DNA of 64,000 nt from an uncultured bacterium. GTDB taxonomy: Bacteria; Patescibacteriota; Minisyncoccia; Phycocordibacterales; CAIZLB01. How positions within the stretch are numbered: position 1 is the first letter of the stretch; the number at the start of each line of letters is the position of its first letter. The stretch spans positions 27,897 through 91,896 of the forward strand of contig CAIJKW010000030.1 in assembly GCA_903821355.1 (NCBI GenBank), given 5' to 3'. A model generated the notes under the pieces. The model ran no database searches. It was not told the DNA's origin and saw only the letters and a list, made by a program, of their open reading frames with translations. The translations under genes were made by a program, and so were the position numbers. Positions 10,992 to 19,500 of the stretch are shown here, piece by piece.

Positions 10992-10993
10992 AC

Positions 10994-11443
10994 ATGAAAA
11001 AAATTAGATTTATTTTATTTACGATTGTCGGTGCGGTAGTTTTGTTGTATGCAAGTAGTGCCAGTATAGCAAATGCAGAATTGTCTCTTCCTTGGGAACA
11101 AAGTAACGTTAATGCGTCTGCTGCTATAACACCTGTGCCGGTGACAGCCGCCGGATCATGCGCAACTGGAAAGATTTGTAATCCATTGGGTACAACAACA
11201 ACACTTAATCAAGTGTTAACTATTGTCATATCTACAGTCCAAGTCATTGCCGGTATATTGTCTGTTGTCTATCTTATTTTAGCCGGACTTAAGTTTGTGC
11301 TTGCAGCCGGCGACCCAGGAAAAATAACAAAAGCCAGAGCAATGCTTTTGTATGTCGTCATCGGTATAGCAATAATATTTGGCGCACAAGCCATATCCTT
11401 GGTCGTTCAGAATACAATTAAACAGGTGGGTAGTGGGCAATAG
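10994..11443 (+). CDS. small secreted two-TM membrane protein (paralog 2)
   Basis: MKKIRFILFTIVGAVVLLYASSASIANA signal peptide. Core VIAGILSVVYLILAGLKFVLAAGDPGKITKARAMLLYVVIGIAIIFGAQAI. Confidence 0.5.
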   Translation: MKKIRFILFTIVGAVVLLYASSASIANAELSLPWEQSNVNASAAITPVPVTAAGSCATGKICNPLGTTTTLNQVLTIVISTVQVIAGILSVVYLILAGLKFVLAAGDPGKITKARAMLLYVVIGIAIIFGAQAISLVVQNTIKQVGSGQ

Positions 11444-11494
11444 TTAATTGGACGAAGGATTATTCGTAAAAATTAGAAAAATAATAAGAAAAAA

Positions 11495-11809
11495 ATGCCA
11501 GATATAAAAAATTCTTTATCAGCTCAGGTTAGTAATGTTACAGACCTTAGAAGCTTGGTGGCTAGTTTGATCGATATGATCAGATACTACATCGTGCCGT
11601 TTATTATAGCCCTAGCTCTGATGTTCTTCTTGTGGGGATTATTTAAAACGATAACAGCAGCTGGCGACGGTAAAAAGAGGCAAGAGGGTATGGCTTACAT
11701 AACATATGGAATCATCGGCCTTGCTGTGATGGTTTCTGTTTGGAGTTTGGTATATCTTTTAACCTCAACGTTCTTCTCTAACGGCTTATTAATCCCTCAA
11801 CTTAATTAG
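11495..11809 (+). CDS. small two-TM membrane protein (paralog 3)
   Basis: FIIALALMFFLWGLFKTITAAGDGKKRQEGMAYITYGIIGLAVMVSVWSLVYLLTS. Confidence 0.55.
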   Translation: MPDIKNSLSAQVSNVTDLRSLVASLIDMIRYYIVPFIIALALMFFLWGLFKTITAAGDGKKRQEGMAYITYGIIGLAVMVSVWSLVYLLTSTFFSNGLLIPQLN

Positions 11810-11843
11810 TTTTCTTAAATTTAATTTTTTAATATAAAATAAA

Positions 11844-12137
11844 ATGACAAATGGACTTAGAGGTTTGATACTTTATCTAAATAGATTTATAGGTGCGATA
11901 ACGGCCTTTATCATTTCCTTGACGCTAGTATTTTTTCTCTGGGGTGTATTTAAATTGATTTTTTCAAACAAAGACTCAAAAGAGAGAGAGCAAGCAAAAG
12001 GGTTTATTGTTTGGGGACTAGTTGCTTTGTTTGTTATGATCTCTGTTTGGGGGTTGGTGAATTTGTTAACCAGTTCTTTTGGTTTTGGTAACGTCAATCC
12101 CATGTCTCCACAATTTCCAAATTCGCGCCTTATATAG
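11844..12137 (+). CDS. small two-TM membrane protein (paralog 4)
   Basis: FIISLTLVFFLWGVFKLIFSNKDSKEREQAKGFIVWGLVALFVMISVWGLVNLLTS. Confidence 0.55.
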   Translation: MTNGLRGLILYLNRFIGAITAFIISLTLVFFLWGVFKLIFSNKDSKEREQAKGFIVWGLVALFVMISVWGLVNLLTSSFGFGNVNPMSPQFPNSRLI

Positions 12138-12274
12138 TAACTTGAGGACAATTTGATTTATAAATATGTTTATATCTCTGTTTATATCTTTTGAATATTA
12201 AGGTATAATAGCGATAAGTGACATTACTGTTGCTTACATAAATATAAGCTTATCATTTAATAAAAAATTTAATT

Positions 12275-12592
12275 ATGAATAATCAACCTGGAATTAGTGG
12301 ACTTTACGCTCTATTGGCTCAAGTCACAGATTTCGTTAATAGACTGATTCCTTTTATCATCGGTCTTACAGTTCTATTCTTCTTGTGGGGAATTTTTAAA
12401 CTAGTTTTCTCAGCAGATTCTGATGCAAGAGCAGAAGCTAGAGGATACATCATTTGGGGAATCATCGGTCTTGCTGTAATGGTTTCTGTTTGGGGATTAG
12501 TAAACCTTTTGACAAGTACATTCAGTCTGAACTCAAACGTTCCTCCACCACCTGGTATTCCATCAGCAGGTGGAACAATTCAATTGAGATAG
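12275..12592 (+). CDS. small two-TM membrane protein (paralog 5)
   Basis: FIIGLTVLFFLWGIFKLVFSADSDARAEARGYIIWGIIGLAVMVSVWGLVNLLTS. Confidence 0.55.
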   Translation: MNNQPGISGLYALLAQVTDFVNRLIPFIIGLTVLFFLWGIFKLVFSADSDARAEARGYIIWGIIGLAVMVSVWGLVNLLTSTFSLNSNVPPPPGIPSAGGTIQLR

Positions 12593-12639
12593 TGTGTCAG
12601 TTTTGAATAGGTTTTTACTCTTGAATAATAAAAATAATC

Positions 12640-12930
12640 ATGTCAAATGTACCACCCGCATTGGCTTCTCTTATAAAAGGGATAGATAGATATGTCATAA
12701 ACCCTCTAATTGTTCTGGCTTTTGCTATTGCTATGGTAGTTTTTCTCTGGGGCGTTTTCAATTATGTAAGAGGAGCGGGGGATCCAAAAGCAAGAGAAAC
12801 AGGCAGAAGTCATATACTATGGAGTCTTATCGGTATGGCAATAATGTTTTCTGTTTTTGGGTTAATGACGATTATCTCAAATACGGTTGGTGGTCCAACA
12901 GGTAATATTACAAATATTCAGAAGCTCTAG
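12640..12930 (+). CDS. small two-TM membrane protein (paralog 6)
   Basis: LIVLAFAIAMVVFLWGVFNYVRGAGDPKARETGRSHILWSLIGMAIMFSVFGLMTIIS. Confidence 0.55.
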   Translation: MSNVPPALASLIKGIDRYVINPLIVLAFAIAMVVFLWGVFNYVRGAGDPKARETGRSHILWSLIGMAIMFSVFGLMTIISNTVGGPTGNITNIQKL

Positions 12931-12960
12931 TAGGTTAGGAAGCAACACGTTATAAGATGA

Positions 12961-12991
12961 AAAGCGCGAAGGGTTGTCCTTCGCGCTTTTT
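12961..12991. terminator. Bidirectional rho-independent terminator closing the small-protein array
   Basis: aaagcgcgaagg-gttgt-ccttcgcgcttt with A-run upstream and T-run downstream. Confidence 0.7.
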
Positions 12992-13042
12992 TCAGTGGTG
13001 GTGGAGATGAGATTAGCGCAGATCGTTGGTTCTCACATCCTC

Positions 13043-13465
13043 TTAGGAGTTGTTGACGAAAGGTTTCTCGTCTGTCACTCCCGTGAGGTAATCCTGCCAA
13101 GCACATCTTTGAATGTATTTTGACCTTGCCCACGATTGAAATAGATGGTTTTTCTGATCGTCCGTTGTGCATTTCTCCAGTGCTTTTTGCATCGATGGGG
13201 AGATGGAGTCACCCTTTAGACTGTTATTGTAGTTTCTGCCCTCTTCTTTTGAGAGCTCAGACAATCTTCGAAAGAACCTGAGCAGATATTCAAGTGCGTC
13301 AATCTTTGCTATCCGTTTTTTTGAATAGTGTTTTGATTCTGCAAGGTATCGGTCAATAATACCTGACATCTGCCTTAGACTTATGGGTTTATTCTTTGGT
13401 AGTGTAAAACTTTGGATTCTCGATTTCATCTTGCTTTCTGGTGGAAAGAACAGGTGCCCGAACAC
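13043..13465 (-). CDS. hypothetical protein
   Basis: 140-aa ORF with slightly elevated GC. No motif recognised. Confidence 0.4.
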   Translation of the reverse strand: MFGHLFFPPESKMKSRIQSFTLPKNKPISLRQMSGIIDRYLAESKHYSKKRIAKIDALEYLLRFFRRLSELSKEEGRNYNNSLKGDSISPSMQKALEKCTTDDQKNHLFQSWARSKYIQRCAWQDYLTGVTDEKPFVNNS

Positions 13466-13555
13466 CCATACTTAGTTGGTGTTGTGGAGCTTTCGGGAAC
13501 TCATTTGCTGGTAGTATAGCATAAGTGGGTGGAAGTCAAGCATGATAAATAAAAT

Positions 13556-13587
13556 AAAAAATATGCAGACTTGCGTCTGCATATTTT
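13556..13587 (-). terminator. Terminator downstream of the minus-strand tRNA cluster
   Basis: Palindromic hairpin atatgcagac-ttgc-gtctgcatat flanked by A/T runs. Confidence 0.55.
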
Positions 13588-13594
13588 TCATGTG

Positions 13595-13676
13595 TGGGCG
13601 AGGAGGGACTCGAACCCTCAATCCTTACGGAACTAGTTCCTAAGACTAGCGCGTATACCAATTCCGCCACTCGCCC
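13595..13676 (-). tRNA. tRNA-Leu (anticodon UAG)
   Basis: Reverse complement GGGCGAG…CTCGCCCA forms a cloverleaf with anticodon loop CTTAGGA, a long variable arm and T-loop GGTTCGAGTCC. Confidence 0.8.
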
Positions 13677-13791
13677 ATATTTTGACTTTGCTTTATATCA
13701 GCTTTTTGGTTTGCTGAAATTTAAGAATTCAATATCTATATGAAGTTTAAGATTCTGGCTTAAATGTCTTCATAGAGTTATCGAACTCTTG

Positions 13792-13864
13792 TCCGCCCGG
13801 TAGGATTCGAACCTACGACCGTTCACTTAAGAGGCGACTGCTCTACCAACTGAGCTACGGGCGG
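13792..13864 (-). tRNA. tRNA-Lys (anticodon CUU)
   Basis: Reverse complement CCGCCCGTAGCTCAGTTGGTAGAGCAGTCGCCTCTTAAGTGAACGGTCGTAGGTTCGAATCCTACCGGGCGGA. Anticodon loop CTCTTAA. The top pair of the anticodon stem is non-Watson-Crick (G·A). Confidence 0.7.
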
Positions 13865-13926
13865 ATATGTTCATTATAGTAGCAAAAAAAGGTATTTAAT
13901 ACAACTATTTACGATCATGTTTGTAA

Positions 13927-14241
13927 CTATAATTCTAAGAAGATTATTGAGCAAATTCCTAGAACCATACCGACAATTTGAAGCGGGCTTAATCCTTCGT
14001 GAAAGAATACGTAACTTACCAGCAGTAATGTAGCGACGTTAAATATAACAAATATTATTGAAGCGATAGCTATGTTTTTGTATTTGAAACTAAAAGATAG
14101 AAATATTAAGGCTATTACATAAATTATTAATCCAATGACAAAAAACCAAGTGTTATTTTTTGAAACCCATTCTTTCATAAAAATATCCCCAGCTGTTAGA
14201 ACTAAACCTCCCGCTAAAACTAAGATTATCCCAGTATTCAT
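13927..14241 (-). CDS. small multidrug-resistance/DMT-like 4-TM membrane protein
   Basis: 104 aa with four hydrophobic helices (SMR/EamA-half-like topology), embedded between tRNA genes. Confidence 0.45.
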   Translation of the reverse strand: MNTGIILVLAGGLVLTAGDIFMKEWVSKNNTWFFVIGLIIYVIALIFLSFSFKYKNIAIASIIFVIFNVATLLLVSYVFFHEGLSPLQIVGMVLGICSIIFLEL

Positions 14242-14249
14242 TTTATTGG

Positions 14250-14332
14250 TGCTCAGGGCGGGACTCGAACCCGCACAGGCTTTCGCCTACAACATTTTAA
14301 GTGTTGCGTGTCTACCATTCCACCACCCGAGC
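14250..14332 (-). tRNA. tRNA-Leu (anticodon UAA)
   Basis: Reverse complement GCTCGGGTGGTGGAATGGTAGACACGCAACACTTAAAATGTTG… Anticodon loop CTTAAAA, long variable arm, T-loop GGTTCGAGTCC. Confidence 0.8.
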
Positions 14333-14800
14333 TTTTTTATTTAAGCCTCTATGAGTTGGCTGTAAACTGTGACAATTTGGACAAAGTATCTGTAGGTTAG
14401 TTAGTCTATTGTCTCTACTATCACCGTTTATGTGATCTAACTCAAGAGGTAATCTACCATCTTTTGTGGTTTTGTTCCACCCGCACATCTCACACTTTTT
14501 TTCCTTTAAACCATCTTTAAATAATCTTTTCTTAAGTTTATAACTTTGAAATGAGCTGCCTTTTACTAAAATTTCTTTAGTTGGAATAAGTGGTATTTTA
14601 TTTTAAAATTTTTTGCCCTTACTCCAACCTCTGCCTGTAAAATGTTTTATGGATAGGCCGTATTCTAAAACATATTTCTTGATTTGAGAATAGTTTCCAC
14701 CAGCTTCAACTAATCCAAGTCTTTTCAAAACTTGTCTATAGCTTGTGGAATCAGCAACTGATTTTATTAAATTGTCTTTTGACCACTTTCTTTTTCTCAT
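14312..14800 (-). pseudogene. HNH endonuclease gene interrupted by a single in-frame TAA (plus 14603-14605); C-terminal part overlaps tRNA-Leu(UAA)
   Basis: Upstream ORF 14606..14800 (MRKRKW…SKGKKF*) is in the same frame as a downstream reading frame. That frame encodes …CEMCGWNKTTKDGRLPLELDHINGDSRDNRLTNLQILCPNCHS…, a canonical HNH motif. Confidence 0.6.
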
Positions 14801-14841
14801 TTAAGAATAACAAACAAATATGTAAAAACTACTTTTACATG

Positions 14842-14914
14842 AGGCGTAGGCCGGGATCGAACCGGCGTATAACGATTTTGCAGATCGCCGCGTTAACCAC
14901 TTCGCCACTACGCC
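14842..14914 (-). tRNA. tRNA-Cys (anticodon GCA)
   Basis: Reverse complement GGCGTAGTGGCGAAGTGGTTAACGCGGCGATCTGCAAAATCGTT…GGTTCGATCCCGGCCTACGCC. Anticodon loop CTGCAAA. Confidence 0.8.
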
Positions 14915-14956
14915 AAACCTCTACATTAAAGGGTCTATACTCACAACTAACTTTTG

Positions 14957-15292
14957 CTATTTTAGCATTCTGTCTATATTCTGTCTATTGATTTCGCCGA
15001 TATCTATTTTGAAATTAAAGAAGGGAATTATGCCCAACTTTGAATGACTTTTAACATAACTTCTGAATTCATTGCATTTTCTGTTGGCAAATTCTTCAAC
15101 CACAGGACCTTTGTCCTCAGGAAGAACACTAAGAAGAATTGTGGCCTTCTTGGCTCTATCGCCAAGAATAACATTGGTCACAGTTACAAGGGAAGTTCTA
15201 TTAGCTTCTCTTGCCATAAATTCCATCGCCAATTCTTTGACGATGTGAATTGTTCGCTCATCTCTATGTGGTTTTACTATTTTTTCTCTCAT
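14957..15292 (-). CDS. rbfA: ribosome-binding factor A
   Basis: 111 aa located immediately downstream of infB, the usual infB-rbfA order. Sequence is RbfA-like (…NRTSLVTVTNVILGDRAKKATILLSVL…). Confidence 0.7.
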   Translation of the reverse strand: MREKIVKPHRDERTIHIVKELAMEFMAREANRTSLVTVTNVILGDRAKKATILLSVLPEDKGPVVEEFANRKCNEFRSYVKSHSKLGIIPFFNFKIDIGEINRQNIDRMLK

Positions 15293-15313
15293 ATTTTTTG
15301 TGATCAGGTCGCG

Positions 15314-16894
15314 TTATTTAACAATCTTATGGAACGGCTCCAACTTATCTCCCGCAGCAATTTCCATTTTAGATTCAATCATTGTTCCAAATTCTTTTCC
15401 CTCCTCAACAGTACTAGTTTTTTCCTTTTGTTGTTGAAGCTCCCTTACTCTTCCTCGACCAATTTCAATATCTCTTCTTAAAATCTTAACTTCATCGTTA
15501 AAAGAAATTGAACCAGATTCAACTCTTCCTCCAATCACTTGTTTTTCTTTATTAACACTAAAAATCTTGAGGACCTTTATTGTTCCTTTAGATTCTTCAA
15601 TTTGAGTTCTGGGTCTATTCTCTTCAGCAAACTCCTGTAACCATTCTGTCATTTTATAGATGATGTCGAAGGTCATTATGTTGATACCATTTCTCTCCGC
15701 TAGGCTTTTTGCGCTACTATCAATCTTTGTATTAAATCCTAGGATAACGGTCCCCTCTTTTCCGGAGGCTAATTTGATGTCATTCTCTAATATATCGCCA
15801 ATACTTATTGCAACGATTTTTATTTCCACGTTATCAACCTTAATTTTATTTTCTATCTCATACACGACTGCGGCGGCAGATCCTGATGTATCGGCTTTAA
15901 TTATTACAGGTACAATGGCTGTCTGAATAATTTCTTGACCATTCTCAAAAGCAAGAGCGTTTGCTTTGTTTGTTGCAGCAATCTTTTCTGCTCCACGAAC
16001 TTTTTTGATAGCCTCTGCTCTTTCTCTTACTTTTTCTATTTCTTCTTCAACATAAGCTTCAGCAGCTTTCTTGCTTCCAAAAGTGAAGCAAATTCCACCG
16101 ACTTCTGGTTCATCTGTCCAACCAATAACCCTCACAGGTTTTGAAGGGCCAGCTTCTTTTAGTTGCTTACCCAAAAAATCTTCCATGATTCTAACAGGGG
16201 AGAGTGCTGTACCTGAAACAATGAAAGAACCGTTATATAATGTACCGTTTTTTACGATGAGAGTTGCTGAAATACCCCTTATCTTGTCTCTATTTGCCTC
16301 TATAACAACACATTCTGCTTCAGTGAAAGGATCACCACTTATGCCGTCAACCTCAGCTGTTAGAAGAATTAAATCAAGAAGATCATCAACACCTTCACCT
16401 GTCTTACCAGAGAATGCAATCCATGGAATATTTCCTCCGTAACCCTCAACATAGATTTCATTCTCTGCTAATGATAGCTTAACTCTATCAATATCTGCGT
16501 TTGGTTTATCGATTTTACTAATCCCAACAATGAATGAGAGCCCTGCATTTTTGATTGCGTTAAGGGCGTCTAATGTTTGCGGTTTAACACCATCTTCAGC
16601 AGATACTACAAGAATTGCAATATCAGCTGCTGTTGCTCCTCTTGCTCTGATTGCGCTAAAGGATTCATGCCCAGGAGTGTCAATAAAAACGATGGTCTTT
16701 TCATCTTCTTTACCATTAGCATCCATTGCCTTATGAACTACTTCATAAGAAGACATTCTTTGTGTAATTCCACCCACTTCTTTATCAACTACATTAGTTT
16801 TTCTGATGTAGTCAAGAAGTGTTGATTTACCGTGGTCAATGTGGCCCATTACGACAACTACCGGCGGTCTAGGATCTAATGTGGTGATTTCCAT
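15314..16894 (-). CDS. infB: translation initiation factor IF-2 (short form lacking N-terminal domains)
   Basis: GTPase G-domain VVVVMGHIDHGKSTLLD…DTPGHESF…; 526 aa; domain order matches IF-2. Confidence 0.9.
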   Translation of the reverse strand: MEITTLDPRPPVVVVMGHIDHGKSTLLDYIRKTNVVDKEVGGITQRMSSYEVVHKAMDANGKEDEKTIVFIDTPGHESFSAIRARGATAADIAILVVSAEDGVKPQTLDALNAIKNAGLSFIVGISKIDKPNADIDRVKLSLAENEIYVEGYGGNIPWIAFSGKTGEGVDDLLDLILLTAEVDGISGDPFTEAECVVIEANRDKIRGISATLIVKNGTLYNGSFIVSGTALSPVRIMEDFLGKQLKEAGPSKPVRVIGWTDEPEVGGICFTFGSKKAAEAYVEEEIEKVRERAEAIKKVRGAEKIAATNKANALAFENGQEIIQTAIVPVIIKADTSGSAAAVVYEIENKIKVDNVEIKIVAISIGDILENDIKLASGKEGTVILGFNTKIDSSAKSLAERNGINIMTFDIIYKMTEWLQEFAEENRPRTQIEESKGTIKVLKIFSVNKEKQVIGGRVESGSISFNDEVKILRRDIEIGRGRVRELQQQKEKTSTVEEGKEFGTMIESKMEIAAGDKLEPFHKIVK

Positions 16895-16912
16895 TTAAGT
16901 CTTAATATATAA

Positions 16913-17050
16913 TATTTTTTACGATTTGGCAAACCGCCCAGCCCAAAATACGGCCCATTGGGAACACGGAGATTTCTTGCTAGAAATCTCCTCTGCTCGT
17001 TGCAACTCGCAAGTTTCCCAATGGGCCATATTTTGGGCTGGGCAAACTAC
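16913..17050. repeat. Copy 2 of the ~120-bp structured palindromic element, immediately upstream of infB
   Basis: gcccagcccaaaatac…ggagatttcttgctagaaatctcctctgctcgttgcaactcgcaagtttc…gtattttgggctgggc. It shares the outer arms and core with the copy at 2541..2665. Confidence 0.6.
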
Positions 17051-17082
17051 CAATATCGTAAAAATCTATAGAGGTTTTATAA

Positions 17083-17571
17083 CTAGGCTTTTGGTAACAC
17101 CAACTTATCATGCGCCATGGCAATTGATTTTGCTTCTTCTTCTGTTAGTTCAAAACTGGACTTGAACTTTTGTAGGGGTTTTGCAAAGACGCTCATTCTG
17201 TCGCTTGAGTAGAGACTTGAGAATACGACTCCGTCTCCTTGTTCATTTATGAAAGCAGTTGAGAAACTTTGGTTTCCCCCAGCACCAGTTCCTTTGAAGG
17301 GGTTAAATCTAAGTGTGTCAACACCTTGAATTCCGTTTCTTAATCTTTTTTCAACTAATTTCAAATATTCTTGAGATTCTTTTTTGAATGACTCTAATTC
17401 GTCAACATGTTGGATTACAAGATTAATACTTTCCTCAAGAGATTTTGCGTTACCTTTTAGTAATCTTTTTAATCTAACTTGCAGTCTGATAACCAATATT
17501 AATAATATTAGGACTATGGCGGAAAGTGAAATTAGGCCAATAGATAGTACGTCAACGCTTAAATAAAACAT
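17083..17571 (-). CDS. DUF4446-like membrane-anchored protein
   Basis: N-terminal TM segment. Conserved-looking LRFNPFKGTGAGGNQSFSTAFINEQGDGVVFSSLYSSDRMSVFAKPL block is typical of the DUF4446 family. Confidence 0.5.
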   Translation of the reverse strand: MFYLSVDVLSIGLISLSAIVLILLILVIRLQVRLKRLLKGNAKSLEESINLVIQHVDELESFKKESQEYLKLVEKRLRNGIQGVDTLRFNPFKGTGAGGNQSFSTAFINEQGDGVVFSSLYSSDRMSVFAKPLQKFKSSFELTEEEAKSIAMAHDKLVLPKA

Positions 17572-17647
17572 ATTACTAAAGTATACAGAACCTTAGTTTT
17601 TTTGTATAGTGATGTTATCAACCTGTCGTTCAATATAAAATATAAGT

Positions 17648-18862
17648 ATGTCAAAAAGAATATATCTGGATTATGCTTCGGTTACACCAATTGACAAATC
17701 TGTGTCAAAGGAAGTTTTAAGAGTGTCAAAAAAATATATTGCAAATCCATCGTCAATTTATCAAGAGGGAGTTTTGGCTTCGGAATTTCTAGAATCATGT
17801 AGAAAGAGGGTGGCGAGTGTTCTTGAAGTTCATAGCGATGAAATTATTTTTACCTCAGGTGGTACAGAGTCAAATGCTCTAGCAATTAACGGGGTGATTG
17901 ACGGATATAAAAATTCTAAGAAAGATTTAGGAGAAGTAGAAATAAATATTCCGCACATTGTAAGTTCAACAATTGAGCACCCGTCAATCAGAGAACTTTT
18001 ATTTTCACTTGAAAAATCTGGAGAAATTGAAATCTCTTTGATTTCACCAAACGAAGAGGGAATTATTGAGCCAGAAAAAATTGCACAAGCTCTAAAGCCA
18101 AATACGCTTTTGGTCAGCATCATGTACGCCAACAATGAGATTGGAACAATTATGCCACTTATTGCAATCGCAAAGAAGCTGCGTGAATACAAGAAAAATC
18201 AAGGTAGAACTGAATTTGAGATGCCATTTTTACACACTGACGCGTCTCAGGCTGTTGCTTATTTATCCGTAAGAGTCCCATCACTCCATGTTGATTTAAT
18301 GACGATGGATGCTGGAAAAATCTATGGTCCAAGAGGTGTTGGCGCTCTGTTTGTTAAAAGAATTGTTCCATTTAAATCAATTACAAGTGGTGGCAGTCAA
18401 GAGAGTGGAAGGCGAGCGGGAACAGAAAATCTACCAGGGATTGCCGGTTTTGCTTTGGCACTTGAAAAAGTTGAAAAAGAAAAAGCAAAAGAATTTAAAA
18501 AAGTTGAGGCACTTCGCGACCTGCTTTTAGTGAATTTAAAATCGTCAAAAATAAAAAATAGATTTACGATAAATGGTAGCATGTTAGATGGTGAGCGTTT
18601 GCCAAATAATTTGAATATTTGCATTCCAGAGATTGATGCTGAGTTTTTAGTTTTGACATTGGATGCAATGGGTCTCTGTGTGTCATCCGTAACAAGTTGC
18701 AGAACACTCTCTGAAGATTCGTATTCATATGTTGTTGCTGAAATTTCTGGCGATGAATGTTCAAGATCATCTCTGCGTATTTCGCTTGGAAAATATACAA
18801 CTAAATCTGAAGTTTTGAAGGCGGGGAAAATGATTGCTGAGGCGACGGAGAGAATTATGTAG
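17648..18862 (+). CDS. cysteine desulfurase (class V aminotransferase, IscS/NifS family)
   Basis: IYLDYASVTPID…FTSGGTESNALAINGV… and PLP-lysine region DLMTMDAGKIYGPRGVGALFV. Confidence 0.8.
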   Translation: MSKRIYLDYASVTPIDKSVSKEVLRVSKKYIANPSSIYQEGVLASEFLESCRKRVASVLEVHSDEIIFTSGGTESNALAINGVIDGYKNSKKDLGEVEINIPHIVSSTIEHPSIRELLFSLEKSGEIEISLISPNEEGIIEPEKIAQALKPNTLLVSIMYANNEIGTIMPLIAIAKKLREYKKNQGRTEFEMPFLHTDASQAVAYLSVRVPSLHVDLMTMDAGKIYGPRGVGALFVKRIVPFKSITSGGSQESGRRAGTENLPGIAGFALALEKVEKEKAKEFKKVEALRDLLLVNLKSSKIKNRFTINGSMLDGERLPNNLNICIPEIDAEFLVLTLDAMGLCVSSVTSCRTLSEDSYSYVVAEISGDECSRSSLRISLGKYTTKSEVLKAGKMIAEATERIM

Positions 18863-19006
18863 TGGCCACAAATCGGCCTATATAAAGAATATTTTAAATG
18901 GATTGACAGCCAAAAGTTTGTCATTATATAATTAACAAGTCGGTAGGTAGTATCTGCAATCTGCATTATTACTGATATTTCACTAACAATAAAAAGGAGG
19001 AGACAA

Positions 19007-19390
19007 ATGCAAACGAGAAAGAGACTGTATTTGATTCAAGGGACATTTTTTCAAGGTGGTCGACATCATCAGTTTACTGGAATGATTTATCCGTCTTCGG
19101 ATAATGATGGTGTTTACGAAGGTTTGATTCACGATGACTTTGGTTACTCTAAAGTAATGGGCGTCATAATCACGGAAGGGTGTATTTCATTTAACAAGCG
19201 ATATTGCGATTGTGATAGGGGCCGTAGGGCTCGCTACACAATTAGTCAAATCTCTGGAAAAAATATTTGGGTTGGTAGACATGGTAAGGATCGTGTTGAG
19301 TCTGGCCGTGTCAACGCCCTCGTAACTGAGATATCGCCGGATTTTTTAAATACAAGAATAGTTTGTGCGGCCGATGTGATGTCGGTCTAA
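19007..19390 (+). CDS. hypothetical protein (GC-rich; strong SD AAAGGAGGA 6 nt upstream)
   Basis: 127-aa ORF with an excellent ribosome-binding site (18993-19001) and elevated GC. No motif recognised. Confidence 0.5.
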   Translation: MQTRKRLYLIQGTFFQGGRHHQFTGMIYPSSDNDGVYEGLIHDDFGYSKVMGVIITEGCISFNKRYCDCDRGRRARYTISQISGKNIWVGRHGKDRVESGRVNALVTEISPDFLNTRIVCAADVMSV

Positions 19391-19458
19391 CAGTATTCAA
19401 CCCTAAGTATTTAGTCCTAACTTTGGAAACAACCATCCGTCGCAAAACAAAAAACAAT

Positions 19459-19500
19459 GCCCGCTGAAGAGCCTAGCACCTCCGGCGGGCTCTTCATATA
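19459..19500 (+). terminator. Probable terminator after 19007..19390
   Basis: Inverted repeats gaagagcc…ggctcttc nested with cccgc…gcggg. The T-run is weak. Confidence 0.35.

Noticed and set aside
11873-12151. Minus-strand ORFs antisense to the small-protein array, and 18397..18966(-) and 6581..6994(-) inside the cysteine desulfurase gene and gyrA
   Set aside because: They are fully embedded antisense to well-supported genes and have no motifs or start signals.
13792-13864. Suppressor or odd tRNA (anticodon loop could be read as UUA)
   Set aside because: With the standard 7-nt loop CTCTTAA the anticodon is CUU (Lys). The only irregularity is a G·A pair at the top of the anticodon stem (27:43), which is tolerated.
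19440-19500. CIRCE (HrcA) operator upstream of clpB
   Set aside because: A half-site-like TAGCACCTC is present but there is no matching inverted half (GAGTGCTAA) at 9-bp spacing. The inverted repeat is better read as the terminator of the preceding gene.
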